NCBI GenBank assembly: GCA_018902845.1
Contig: JAHIPV010000004.1
Coordinates: 1 to 62,375 of the forward strand
From: Patescibacteria group bacterium
GTDB taxonomy: Bacteria > Patescibacteriota > Microgenomatia > UBA12405
Direction of reading: 5' to 3'
DNA: 62,375 nt
Below, in pieces: positions 1 through 8,814 of this stretch; the stretch's first letter is position 1, and each line of letters begins with the position of its first letter. Below the pieces are notes generated by a model, which made no database searches, was not told the DNA's origin, and saw only the letters and a program-made list of their open reading frames with translations. The position numbers and the translations under genes were made by a program.

Positions 1-140
1 AATGCTCCCAACAAGTCTCTTTTGCTTTTTGGTACTTCACTTTTTCCAGAGTTAAAAACCTTTTAGATCTTAAAAAACTATGGGTCGGTTGGAAAAACCT
101 CTATAACTCAAAAAAAGCACACTAAATTTTACTTAAACTA

Positions 141-217
141 ACGACGTGGCAATCCCCTTGGAAACAATCTTATCTTTTACATATCCAACGGGATTGCCAC
201 GCTTCGCTCGCAATAAC
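141..217 (-). repeat. GC-rich hairpin repeat, family B (rc of GTCATTGCGAGCGAAGCGTGGCAATCCC)
   Basis: CGTGGCAATCCC (145-156) pairs with GGGATTGCCACG (190-201). TTTTACATATCCAACGGGATTGCCACG recurs at 10584..10641. Confidence 0.75.
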
Positions 218-260
218 AAAATTTTTTTATTTATCTTCCGTCTTTCGATTTTTCTCCTTC

Positions 261-305
261 GTCATCCTGAGTAAGTCTTACGACCGAAGGATCTAGCGAA
301 GCGTT
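261..305 (+). repeat. GC-rich hairpin repeat, family A (GTCATCCTGAG...CGAAGGATCTAGCGAAGCG)
   Basis: Near-identical to the copies at 28097, 28212, 2397, 43842, 29337 and 34865. Confidence 0.85.
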
Positions 306-373
306 TTTTTTGAAAATCAAAATTTTAAATTTCGTGTTTGTCTTGAATTTTGATATTTGAATTTAAATATTGT

Positions 374-583
374 TTAGGATTTCGATATTAGGATTTTTGA
401 TTTATAAAAAGGATTACACTTCATCACTCTCTTCACTCCCATCCACCCGCCCTTAACCACTCCATACTTCTCAATAGATTTATAAGTATATTGACTACAA
501 GTTGGATAAAATCGGCAATGACTACCCCTAGAAACATATTTCTTATAAAACACCAGCAATTTCAAAACCATCTTCTTAATCAT
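374..583 (-). CDS. yidD: membrane protein insertion efficiency factor YidD (atypical C-terminal tail)
   Basis: 69-aa ORF with the YidD hallmark CRFYPTCSQY...KCNPF. Its ATG overlaps the stop of the upstream ABC ATPase gene by 4 nt. Confidence 0.8.
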   Translation of the reverse strand: MIKKMVLKLLVFYKKYVSRGSHCRFYPTCSQYTYKSIEKYGVVKGGWMGVKRVMKCNPFYKSKILISKS

Positions 584-1569
584 TCTCTTATAGTCACCTT
601 TCCAAACATCTCTCTTACCACATCTTCCAACCTTGGTTCGTTTATATCCAAATCATCCACATCAAATTCATGCAACAACTCCGAAGCTTTTTTTGGCACT
701 TCTTTTCGTCCTACCTTAATCACTGCCCTTATTCCATTGTTCTCTATCACCTCACCAATCTTTGTCAACCTCTCACTATCTACTTTTCCGTTAAAAATCG
801 GTATTAACACCTTGTAATTCGCATATTTTTTGATCAATTTTTCAATACTTCCATCAAAAACAATCACACCTTTATCAATAATAATTATTCTTTTACAAAT
901 TTCCTTAACATCGTCCATATAATGCGAAGTCAAAATCACAGTTGCTTTATATTTTCTGTTGTATTCCAAGATAAACTCTCTCACTTTTTTTTGCATTACT
1001 ACATCCAAACCAATCGTCGGCTCATCCAAAAACAAAACCTTAGGTTTATGAATCAAGCTGGCAATCAGTTCACATTTCATTCTCTGCCCCAAACTCATCT
1101 TCCTAACCTGTTGATGCATCACTTCTTTAACATCAAGCATTTCCGCTAATTCATTCAATATTTCCTTATAATCCTCATCACTTACTTCATAAATTTCTTT
1201 ATTCAAAACAAAAGTTTCAATAGCCGGCAAATCCCACCAAAGTTGATTTTTCTGCCCCATTACCAGACTGATTTGTTTTAAAAATTCATATTTTCTTTCA
1301 ACCGGCCTAAAACCCAAAACCTGACAATTTCCACTGCTCGGATACAATAATCCACTAAGCATTTTCAAAGTAGTTGTTTTTCCTGCTCCATTTGGCCCAA
1401 TAAAACCCACCAATTCTCCTTCTTCAATATCAAAACTAACTTTTTTTACAGCCTCAATTGTCTTATATTCCCTCTTAAACAAAGCCTTCACACTCCCTAT
1501 CAATCCTTGTTCTCTTTTGTGAATTCTAAAATTCTTGCTTAATTTTTTTAACTCAATTACTTTTTTCAT
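580..1569 (-). CDS. ABC transporter ATP-binding protein (ABC-2 type system)
   Basis: Walker A GPNGAGKTT, signature-like MSLGQRMK, Walker B LFLDEPTIGLD. First gene downstream of two ABC-2 permease genes. Confidence 0.9.
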   Translation of the reverse strand: MKKVIELKKLSKNFRIHKREQGLIGSVKALFKREYKTIEAVKKVSFDIEEGELVGFIGPNGAGKTTTLKMLSGLLYPSSGNCQVLGFRPVERKYEFLKQISLVMGQKNQLWWDLPAIETFVLNKEIYEVSDEDYKEILNELAEMLDVKEVMHQQVRKMSLGQRMKCELIASLIHKPKVLFLDEPTIGLDVVMQKKVREFILEYNRKYKATVILTSHYMDDVKEICKRIIIIDKGVIVFDGSIEKLIKKYANYKVLIPIFNGKVDSERLTKIGEVIENNGIRAVIKVGRKEVPKKASELLHEFDVDDLDINEPRLEDVVREMFGKVTIRE

Positions 1570-1571
1570 AA

Positions 1572-2372
1572 TTAGCTACTAGCACTACTATAACTTTTTA
1601 AGGCAAAATTCCAAAACACATTCGACATTTTCAAAAATACAACTGCCATAACCAAACCCATCGGTATCCACCACCACACCAATTCACCTAACAAAACCTG
1701 CGTCGGAAAACTAACCATAAAAGCCAATGGCAAAATAACCAAAAATACAAACCTCCATGCTCCGCCATAAATACTAAAAGGCTCTTTGGCCATAAACAAA
1801 AACTTCTGAGCCAGCATTGGCAGGGGAGTTGCTTGAACCAACCACATAGACAAAGTAACAACCATCATTCCAACCGAATAAGCTACAACTAACCCACAAC
1901 CAAAAATAATCATAAAAGGAAATAAACTGAGCCAGTTAAAAACCAAATTCCCCAATTTAAACCCAAATACCATCATAATCACTCCAGCCAACATGCTTGG
2001 GATCAAAGCAAAATAAGGCCTCCACAAAGACACCATAAACTGAGAATTCAAAGGTTTAATCAATATCAAGTCCAATTCTCCATTAGCTATCTTCTCAGGC
2101 AAACCTCTTAAATTAAAAATAAAAGCCACTCCCAAAACTATTTCAGCAAATATCATATTAAGTCCATACAACACCATAATTTCATACAAATTCCATCCCG
2201 CCATAGTCTTAATATTCCAAAATAAAACTTTCATTCCCATAACAGTCACAACAAAATAACCAACTTCAACTATAATCTCCAACAAAAAACTCATTCTATA
2301 AGTAGTTTCCAAAGTCGCCGAAAACTTAATCAACTTCCAATAAATTTTTAAATATCTTTTTATCTTTTTCAT
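1572..2372 (-). CDS. ABC-2 family transporter permease
   Basis: 266-aa polytopic hydrophobic ORF, 2 nt upstream of the ABC ATPase gene. Confidence 0.7.
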   Translation of the reverse strand: MKKIKRYLKIYWKLIKFSATLETTYRMSFLLEIIVEVGYFVVTVMGMKVLFWNIKTMAGWNLYEIMVLYGLNMIFAEIVLGVAFIFNLRGLPEKIANGELDLILIKPLNSQFMVSLWRPYFALIPSMLAGVIMMVFGFKLGNLVFNWLSLFPFMIIFGCGLVVAYSVGMMVVTLSMWLVQATPLPMLAQKFLFMAKEPFSIYGGAWRFVFLVILPLAFMVSFPTQVLLGELVWWWIPMGLVMAVVFLKMSNVFWNFALKSYSSASS

Positions 2373-2396
2373 CTATTTTTTCATTCCTTCCTTCTT

Positions 2397-2448
2397 GTCA
2401 TCCTGAGTGATCCGCCAACTGGCGGAGACCGAAGGATCTAGTGAAGCG
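2397..2448 (+). repeat. family A repeat with inner hairpin TCCGCC-AACT-GGCGGA, in the spacer between the two ABC-2 permease genes
   Basis: GTCATCCTGAGTGATCCGCCAACTGGCGGAGACCGAAGGATCTAGTGAAGCG. Confidence 0.85.
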
Positions 2449-2538
2449 TTTTTTTTATTTATTTTTTGTTTTTTATTCTTAATTCACCTGCCGCCCGTAG
2501 TTTTAACAAAGGGGGGTAATTTTTAATTGAAGTTTTAT

Positions 2539-3333
2539 TTAATTCCCATAAGCTTCATATTTTTTTAAACCAAGTTTAAACAAAATCTCACTCAAAAAAT
2601 GAAAAAATCCAATCCAGGCCAAAAGTTGAACAACCTGAAAACCAATCTCAAAGGAACTTAGTCTACCTCGCAATACAGACACAGGTACAAAATATATAAA
2701 TTTAAATGGCAAAAAATTAAAAATCTTCCACAAATTTTCAGGCAACAAATCCAAAGGAAAGCTCATTCCACCAAACATAAACAAAACTATAAATTTCAAA
2801 TGACTCAAGGCCCATACATCATCCATCCAAAAAGCCATATAACTTATCGATAAATCCATAAATGCATGCAAAAAATAAACCAAAAAACAAACCAAAAAAC
2901 CTATCATCGCATTTCCAAAACTCAAACTAATTCCAAAAAAATAACCGACAACAGCTAGCATTGCCACAAAAATCGGCATATAAATAAAAAGTTTCACCAT
3001 TCTCCAAGCAATATTGCCAACTAAAATTTTTACTTTTAAATTATAAGGCTTAATTAATTCAGCCGAAATCACACCGTCTTTAATTTTTTTTGGTAAACTC
3101 TCTGATATATATACATTCGTAAACACTCCAACTATAGGCACTAAAACATAATAAAAAATCATTTGTTTAAAATCATATCCCCCCACATTTAAATTATCTC
3201 TATATACAGCCAACCACACAAATATCACAGTCACCAAACCCATTAACTCAACCAAAAACCAAGTCGCCAACATTCCTCTATACTCAAAGCTTCTCTGTAA
3301 CTCAGATTTAAAAAACACCCAATACTTCTTCAC
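2539..3333 (-). CDS. ABC-2 family transporter permease
   Basis: 264-aa polytopic membrane ORF, same strand and operon as 1572..2372 and 580..1569. Confidence 0.7.
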   Translation of the reverse strand: MKKYWVFFKSELQRSFEYRGMLATWFLVELMGLVTVIFVWLAVYRDNLNVGGYDFKQMIFYYVLVPIVGVFTNVYISESLPKKIKDGVISAELIKPYNLKVKILVGNIAWRMVKLFIYMPIFVAMLAVVGYFFGISLSFGNAMIGFLVCFLVYFLHAFMDLSISYMAFWMDDVWALSHLKFIVLFMFGGMSFPLDLLPENLWKIFNFLPFKFIYFVPVSVLRGRLSSFEIGFQVVQLLAWIGFFHFLSEILFKLGLKKYEAYGN

Positions 3334-3451
3334 ACTTCAAATTATACCCTCAAACCAAAATTCCTCGCCCCTTCAACCCTCAAATCTCCAAATTCCCACC
3401 AAACTGCATACTGCCACTATACAAAATACTATTAAAATGATATAGTACACC

Positions 3452-4639
3452 ATGCAATACAAAAGAACCATTGAAAAACAAATCAAAAAATATTTATCAA
3501 AAAAAGATTACAAAATTCTTTTTATTTGGGGCCCACGTCGATCTGGAAAAACAACTCTTTTAAACAAAATCTCAAAACAAGCAAATGCGCAGTCCGCCTC
3601 TGGAGGACAAACAAAAAATCCAATCTTCAATTTTGACTTGCAATCTGACCAGGATAAATTCACCCCAGATTATCAAACATTAGAAAAAATCGCCCTAAAT
3701 CACTCAATTATCCTGATAGACGAAGTTCAAAATCATCCAGAATCCACCTTGCCATTAAAAATCTTGCACGATCAATTTAAAGTAAAAATTATTGCCACCG
3801 GCAGTAGCGAACTCAAGCAAAAAACAAAAAAATTTGATAGTCTGTCAGGCCGTTTCAAAGAATTATTTTGCTTGCCCTTAAGCCTGGGAGAAATCAAACA
3901 AAATACAAAAATTAAAACATATCAGGAAAAAGAATTTTACCAGCAAATACAAGAAAAAATACAAATATTTGGCAATTATCCGGAAATCTGGAAAGCAAAA
4001 AAAGAAGATGAAAAAATCAATCTTTTACAAAACATTTTTGACACTTACATTCTCAAAGATATTATTAATATCTACAAACTAAAAAATACAAAACTTGCCA
4101 AAGATATCTTAACAAAAATCGCTTTACAACTAGGCAGTGAAGTCTCGTTAAGAGAAATAGCCAACAGTCTTCAAGCCAATGTTTCTACAGTAACAAGTTA
4201 TATTGAAATATTTATCAAAAATTACGTATTATTTCCACTACCATCTTTTAAAACCAACTTAAGAAGAGCTGTTTCAGAAAACCGTAAATTCTACTTTTAT
4301 GATCTTGGTATTCGCAATATTCTAGTTAAAGATTTTCGTTCACTAGATCTAAGACCAGACAAGGGTGGTGTTTTTGAAAACTTCATTATCTCAGAAATCT
4401 TCAAAAACAAAAAAAATAACAATTACAAACTTAACTTATATTTTTATCGAGAATATGGAGGCAAAGAAATTGATTTAGTCCTCGAAAATTACAAAAAAAA
4501 TTATATCTGTGTCGAAATAAAAAGCAAAAAAGACAAATCTCAAAAAATCTTTCCAATTCCACACCAAATAAAAATAATCAATTCTCAAAACTATTTCAAA
4601 ATCATCCCTCAACTCCCAGCCTCTTTTCTTGCTTCTTAA
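3452..4639 (+). CDS. AAA-family ATPase (AAA_14/DUF4143-type)
   Basis: Walker A GPRRSGKTT, Walker B ILIDEVQ, C-terminal region like the paralog at 16353..17483. Carries an in-frame AQSASGG repeat insert at 3587..3607. Confidence 0.75.
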   Translation: MQYKRTIEKQIKKYLSKKDYKILFIWGPRRSGKTTLLNKISKQANAQSASGGQTKNPIFNFDLQSDQDKFTPDYQTLEKIALNHSIILIDEVQNHPESTLPLKILHDQFKVKIIATGSSELKQKTKKFDSLSGRFKELFCLPLSLGEIKQNTKIKTYQEKEFYQQIQEKIQIFGNYPEIWKAKKEDEKINLLQNIFDTYILKDIINIYKLKNTKLAKDILTKIALQLGSEVSLREIANSLQANVSTVTSYIEIFIKNYVLFPLPSFKTNLRRAVSENRKFYFYDLGIRNILVKDFRSLDLRPDKGGVFENFIISEIFKNKKNNNYKLNLYFYREYGGKEIDLVLENYKKNYICVEIKSKKDKSQKIFPIPHQIKIINSQNYFKIIPQLPASFLAS

Positions 4640-4973
4640 TCCCCATCCTCTCAAACATCCTCTTTACTTCTGTTTCTACTTCCCCAAACTTCATCCCAAT
4701 TATCTCTTTTTTCACCAAAAACAACACCAGATAACCTTTTTTAATATTTTTTAAATTCACTCTCACACTCTCTGCCAACAATCTTCTGATTTTATTCCTC
4801 ACCACCGCCTTTTTTGAAATCTTTTTTGAAATCACAAACCCAAATCTCGACTCTCCCTCGCTTCTTATATCCAACGTCACCAACCCAAAAATAGGTGACT
4901 GATGAATTTCCCCTCTAGTCCTAATCTCCTCAAACTCCTTTTTTAGTCTAATAATATTTATCTTCTTCAACAC
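4602..4973 (-). CDS. rnpA: ribonuclease P protein component
   Basis: 123-aa basic ORF with FGFVISKKISKKAVVRNKIRRLL (RNR motif region), directly downstream of rpmH. Confidence 0.8.
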   Translation of the reverse strand: MLKKINIIRLKKEFEEIRTRGEIHQSPIFGLVTLDIRSEGESRFGFVISKKISKKAVVRNKIRRLLAESVRVNLKNIKKGYLVLFLVKKEIIGMKFGEVETEVKRMFERMGIKKQEKRLGVEG

Positions 4974-5063
4974 AACCTATTCTAACCTATTTCTATATAT
5001 AAAAACCCCAACCCTATCTTTTGTTTTTTTTGGAAATTTTGATTTTAAACTTTATATTTAATT

Positions 5064-5219
5064 TTACGCTCTCAATTTCTTCTTCACCGTCAATTTCTTT
5101 CGTCCCTTAATCCTACGTCTTTTTAGCACATTTCTCCCATCCTGCGTCGCCATCCGCTTCAAAAACCCATGCTTTCGCACCCTTTTCTTCTTCTTTGGTT
5201 GATACGTCCTTTTCGGCAT
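5064..5219 (-). CDS. rpmH: 50S ribosomal protein L34
   Basis: Hand translation of the minus strand gives [45 protein letters not shown]... (51 aa). Not in the ORF track because it is under 60 aa. Classic rpmH-rnpA order. Confidence 0.9.
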   Translation of the reverse strand: MPKRTYQPKKKKRVRKHGFLKRMATQDGRNVLKRRRIKGRKKLTVKKKLRA

Positions 5220-5448
5220 GTTGCTATTCTATCACAAAAATTTTGATTATTTATATAAAAATCTCAAATGCAATTTTCGGCTAAACAATTTTTTAATTTT
5301 TATCTTAAATTTTAATTTTTTTTGAATTTCAGTATTTGTTTTGTTTTGAATTTAAAACTTTTGGATTTTGAATTTATTTAGAATTTCGGATTTGGTATTT
5401 AGGATTTAAAGGTATCAAAATTTGATACCTTTCATCCCCCTTCCAAAT

Positions 5449-5481
5449 TGTGGAAAACTCATCTAAGATTTCTGTGGATAA
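5449..5481. promoter_or_regulatory. two DnaA-box motifs upstream of dnaA (TGTGGAAAA at 5449-5457, TGTGGATAA at 5473-5481)
   Basis: Reverse complements are TTTTCCACA and the perfect consensus TTATCCACA. They lie in an AT-rich rpmH-dnaA spacer. Confidence 0.6.
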
Positions 5482-5575
5482 TCGATTCAACCCTGCCTTT
5501 TATTAAATGTTTTTCTGCCCTAACTATCATTATTATTTATGTTTATTAATTATTATTATTTATTAATTATTTTTT

Positions 5576-5613
5576 ATCTAGTTATCTAGTTGTCCAGTAA
5601 TCTAGTAATCCAG
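5576..5613 (+). repeat. tandem octamer repeat TC(T/C)AGT(A/T/C)A
   Basis: ATCTAGTTATCTAGTTGTCCAGTAATCTAGTAATCCAG. Related arrays at 8738-8772, 36487-36524 and 36998-37030. Confidence 0.75.
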
Positions 5614-5668
5614 TTTTTAATTATTTTTTTATTTGGAAATTTAAATTTTAAATTTTAGATTTATTAAC

Positions 5669-7018
5669 ATGGATCTTGATCAACTTTGGAAAAACACACA
5701 AGAAGAATTAAAAATTGTTCTTGCCCCTGCAGTTTTTCAAACCTTTGTCTCCCAAACTCAGTTAATTTCTTTAAAAGATCAAACCGCCACCATTGCTTGT
5801 CCTAATTCTTATTTAGTCCAAATGAACAACAAGCGCTACTACGATCTTTTTAAATCGGCCCTCGACAATCAAACCAAAAAAAATATCATCATCAATTTTA
5901 TTGACCAACAGCCCATAGAAATCCAAAATTCACCCAAAAAAACATCTACCCCTCTTTTCTCAAAAAATTATTCTACTACCTCTTATGATCCAAATCTTAA
6001 TCCCAAATATACTTTCGATAATTTAATTGTCGGCAACAGCAACAACTTTGCCTTTGCCGCCGCTCAAGGTATTATCAAAAACCCCGGTTTATCTTACAAT
6101 CCTTTCTTTATCTGGGGTGGGGTAGGAGTAGGCAAAACTCATCTTATGCAAGCTATTGGTCATCAGCTTCTAAAAGACAATCCTGATATGAAAATCAAAT
6201 ACTTTCCGGCCGAAACTTTTGGAAACGAATTGGTAGATTCCCTCAAAACCAAAAACATGACCAAATTCAAAAACAAATATAGAAAACTTGATTGCATTTT
6301 AGTTGACGATATTCAATTTATAGCCGGCAAAGAATACACCAAAGAAGAATTTTTCCATACTTTCAACGCTCTTCACATGAACGGTAAACAAATAATCCTT
6401 ACTTCAGACCGCAAACCGGATGAAATTGGTCAACTGGAAGACCGTCTTGTTTCTCGATTTATGGGAGGACTAACCGTAGACATTCAACTGCCGGATTACG
6501 AAATGAGAGTTGCTATCATCAAACAAAATACCGAAAAAAAAGGGATTAAAATGACTAACGAAGCTACTCTTTTTCTGGCTCAAAATATTCAATCCAACAT
6601 TCGTGACATTGAAGGAAAGCTACAAAAACTTTTCATCCAATCCTTAACTGACAAAGTAGGGGAGATAGATATATCTTTCATTCAACAACAATTAAACATA
6701 AATACAAATGATTTTTCTCAAAATCAAGACCGTGCCTCAATGTCTCCTCGCCACATCATTTCTGTCTGTGCTAAATTTTTTCAAGTCAAAACTAGCGATC
6801 TTTGTGGAAAAAGCAGAAAAAAAGACCTTGTCCAAGCCAGACACATAACCGCTCACTTTCTTCTTGACGAAATCAATTTACCACTAGAAAAAGTCGGCCG
6901 TTTACTAGGCGGTCGGGATCACACCAGCATAATGCACGCTCGTGACAAAATTCACCATCAGCTTTCCACTAATCCACAAACCAAACAACTTATCAACCAA
7001 ATCCATACTCTTCTCTAA
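5669..7018 (+). CDS. dnaA: chromosomal replication initiator protein DnaA
   Basis: 449 aa with Walker A GGVGVGKTHL, DDIQF, sensor motifs, and the C-terminal DNA-binding domain ...GGRDHTSIMHARDKI. Confidence 0.95.
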   Translation: MDLDQLWKNTQEELKIVLAPAVFQTFVSQTQLISLKDQTATIACPNSYLVQMNNKRYYDLFKSALDNQTKKNIIINFIDQQPIEIQNSPKKTSTPLFSKNYSTTSYDPNLNPKYTFDNLIVGNSNNFAFAAAQGIIKNPGLSYNPFFIWGGVGVGKTHLMQAIGHQLLKDNPDMKIKYFPAETFGNELVDSLKTKNMTKFKNKYRKLDCILVDDIQFIAGKEYTKEEFFHTFNALHMNGKQIILTSDRKPDEIGQLEDRLVSRFMGGLTVDIQLPDYEMRVAIIKQNTEKKGIKMTNEATLFLAQNIQSNIRDIEGKLQKLFIQSLTDKVGEIDISFIQQQLNINTNDFSQNQDRASMSPRHIISVCAKFFQVKTSDLCGKSRKKDLVQARHITAHFLLDEINLPLEKVGRLLGGRDHTSIMHARDKIHHQLSTNPQTKQLINQIHTLL

Positions 7019-7075
7019 TACTTTCCCACCGTTCATTTTTACTAATCCACTTTCACTTTCCCACACACCAACCAT

Positions 7076-7096
7076 TTATCCACAAAGTTTTCCACA
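7076..7096. promoter_or_regulatory. two DnaA boxes downstream of dnaA (TTATCCACA at 7076-7084, TTTTCCACA at 7088-7096)
   Basis: One perfect consensus and one near-consensus box 3 nt apart. Four CTTTCCCAC copies also occur between about 7021 and 7290. Confidence 0.6.
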
Positions 7097-7355
7097 TTTC
7101 ACTTAGCATTTTCCAACCGAAACTTTACCAAAACCAAACCCCTCTTATAAGTCAACTGTTACTTTTTCGTTTTAACCTCTCGTCACTTTTCGCTTTCCCA
7201 CTACTCAAAACTCTTCATTCTTTTTGATTTTCTCTTGAATCTATAATTAAAAATTAGAAATTAAAAATTAGAAATTCACTTTCCCACCGCCTCTAATACT
7301 ACGACTACTAAATTATTAAATTAATTATTTTATTAAATACATCAAAACCAAAAAT

Positions 7356-8750
7356 ATGTTAAATTTTATTATGACCTTTGTCTTTTTTTTACTATTTTTC
7401 ACATCTATCGCAATTCCTATAAAAAGTCACGCACAACAATGCGTCGAAAGAATTCAAACCTACAAATCGCCCGTAGGCAATGCAGGTGGTCAATGGATAG
7501 ATCATCACCCTGGTTGGGATAGATATGTTATGTACTACTCTATGACCAGTACCATGATAAATGGAAAACCTTCTACTACCATTCCAAGCAACAACGACAT
7601 AAATAACGGTGGCTGGGCCGATCGTATTTGGTACACATGGCATTTTGGTGATGGTCTCAATCCTGATCTTTGGGATCCAGACGATCTTCCAAAGTTAGCG
7701 CTAGATGTTGGAGGACCTGGCGAATCAAAACTAATTGCTGATCCTTTTTTGGTGGAATGGAATGGAATATGGCACATGTATTACGAAGGAACTGATCAAC
7801 CGGATGGTTCTGGAAATAGTATATTTCACGCAACCTCAGAGTCACTGTTTGGACCATGGACTAAAAAAGGAGAAGTACTTGATTTTTATGGATCAAGAGA
7901 CGGTATGGGACCAAGTTGGCCTTCTGCATTTATAAAAGAAGACAATTTGTATTTGATATACACAGACGGAACCGCCCACCTTTTTATTGCACAAGCCACT
8001 GATTCTACTGGTCAAAAATTTAAAACATTAAACAACAACCAAACTATACTTGCCGTCAGCGCCAATAAAGGCCATCTGGTTTATAAAGACAACCGTTTTT
8101 TACTTTTTCATTCAAGAGCAACAGGTGTCCGCCTGTCTGAATCTACCAACATGCTTTCATTTCCTGCCGGGATTACTTTATTTACATTTACTCCAAATGA
8201 CAATGATTGGGATAAAGACGGTATTGGTCTTCCTTTCTATCTTCCAAAAGAAAAGTCCGATTATAAAAAAGAAAGAATATATTATTCCGGAGTTAACAGA
8301 TCTGACGGTATTCATATGAATATCGGTGTATGTACGCTAGACTCTATTCCTCTTAATACTCCCACTCTTCAGCCCACCAACACTCCACCGCTATTTCCCA
8401 CAAATACACCTCCATCAGGGATACCACAGCTTCCCACAACTCATCCTACCAACACTCCCGTTTCTATATCCCCTCCCATTCCTACCAATACACCCATTCT
8501 CATTCCCAATTGTCTCTCCTGTTCCTCTCTTCCAGCTAAATCATCCGGTAATGCTAATTGTGATACCAAAATTAATATCTCTGACTTTGCTATCTGGAAA
8601 ACAGAATATCTAAAATACAGAGACCAACCTCTACCGGCCAATAACTACAACTCAGACTTTAACTGTGATCAAAAAGTAACCATCTCTGACTTTGCCATCT
8701 GGAAAACAGAATACCTAAAAACAAGACAATCTAACTGTCTAGTAATCTAG
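7356..8750 (+). CDS. secreted beta-propeller glycoside-hydrolase-like protein with Pro/Thr linker and two dockerin-like repeats
   Basis: N-terminal signal/TM segment. ADPFLVEWNGIWHMYYEG and LFGPWTKKG resemble GH43/32-type propeller blades. PTNTP linker, then duplicated CD(T/Q)K(I/V)(N/T)ISDFAIWKTEYLK. Confidence 0.55.
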   Translation: MLNFIMTFVFFLLFFTSIAIPIKSHAQQCVERIQTYKSPVGNAGGQWIDHHPGWDRYVMYYSMTSTMINGKPSTTIPSNNDINNGGWADRIWYTWHFGDGLNPDLWDPDDLPKLALDVGGPGESKLIADPFLVEWNGIWHMYYEGTDQPDGSGNSIFHATSESLFGPWTKKGEVLDFYGSRDGMGPSWPSAFIKEDNLYLIYTDGTAHLFIAQATDSTGQKFKTLNNNQTILAVSANKGHLVYKDNRFLLFHSRATGVRLSESTNMLSFPAGITLFTFTPNDNDWDKDGIGLPFYLPKEKSDYKKERIYYSGVNRSDGIHMNIGVCTLDSIPLNTPTLQPTNTPPLFPTNTPPSGIPQLPTTHPTNTPVSISPPIPTNTPILIPNCLSCSSLPAKSSGNANCDTKINISDFAIWKTEYLKYRDQPLPANNYNSDFNCDQKVTISDFAIWKTEYLKTRQSNCLVI

Positions 8751-8772
8751 TCATCTAGTCATCCAGTTATCC
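8738..8772 (+). repeat. tandem octamer repeat TCTAGT(A/C)A overlapping the stop of 7356..8750
   Basis: TCTAGTAATCTAGTCATCTAGTCATCCAGTTATCC. Confidence 0.75.
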
Positions 8773-8814
8773 ATTTTATAATTTATAATACTTATAACTC
8801 CTTATAACCAATTT

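Noticed and set aside
491-817. 108-aa plus-strand ORF overlapping yidD and the ABC ATPase gene. Similar shadow ORFs occur at 922-1149, 7392-7857, 9231-9470, 19155-19622, 20335-21089, 24174-24670, 27143-27730, 37386-38371, 53372-54008 and 59388-59807.
   Set aside because: All lie antisense to or out of frame with well-supported genes. They have low-complexity Ser/Leu/Phe/Ile-rich translations typical of AT-rich shadow frames, and no recognisable motifs.
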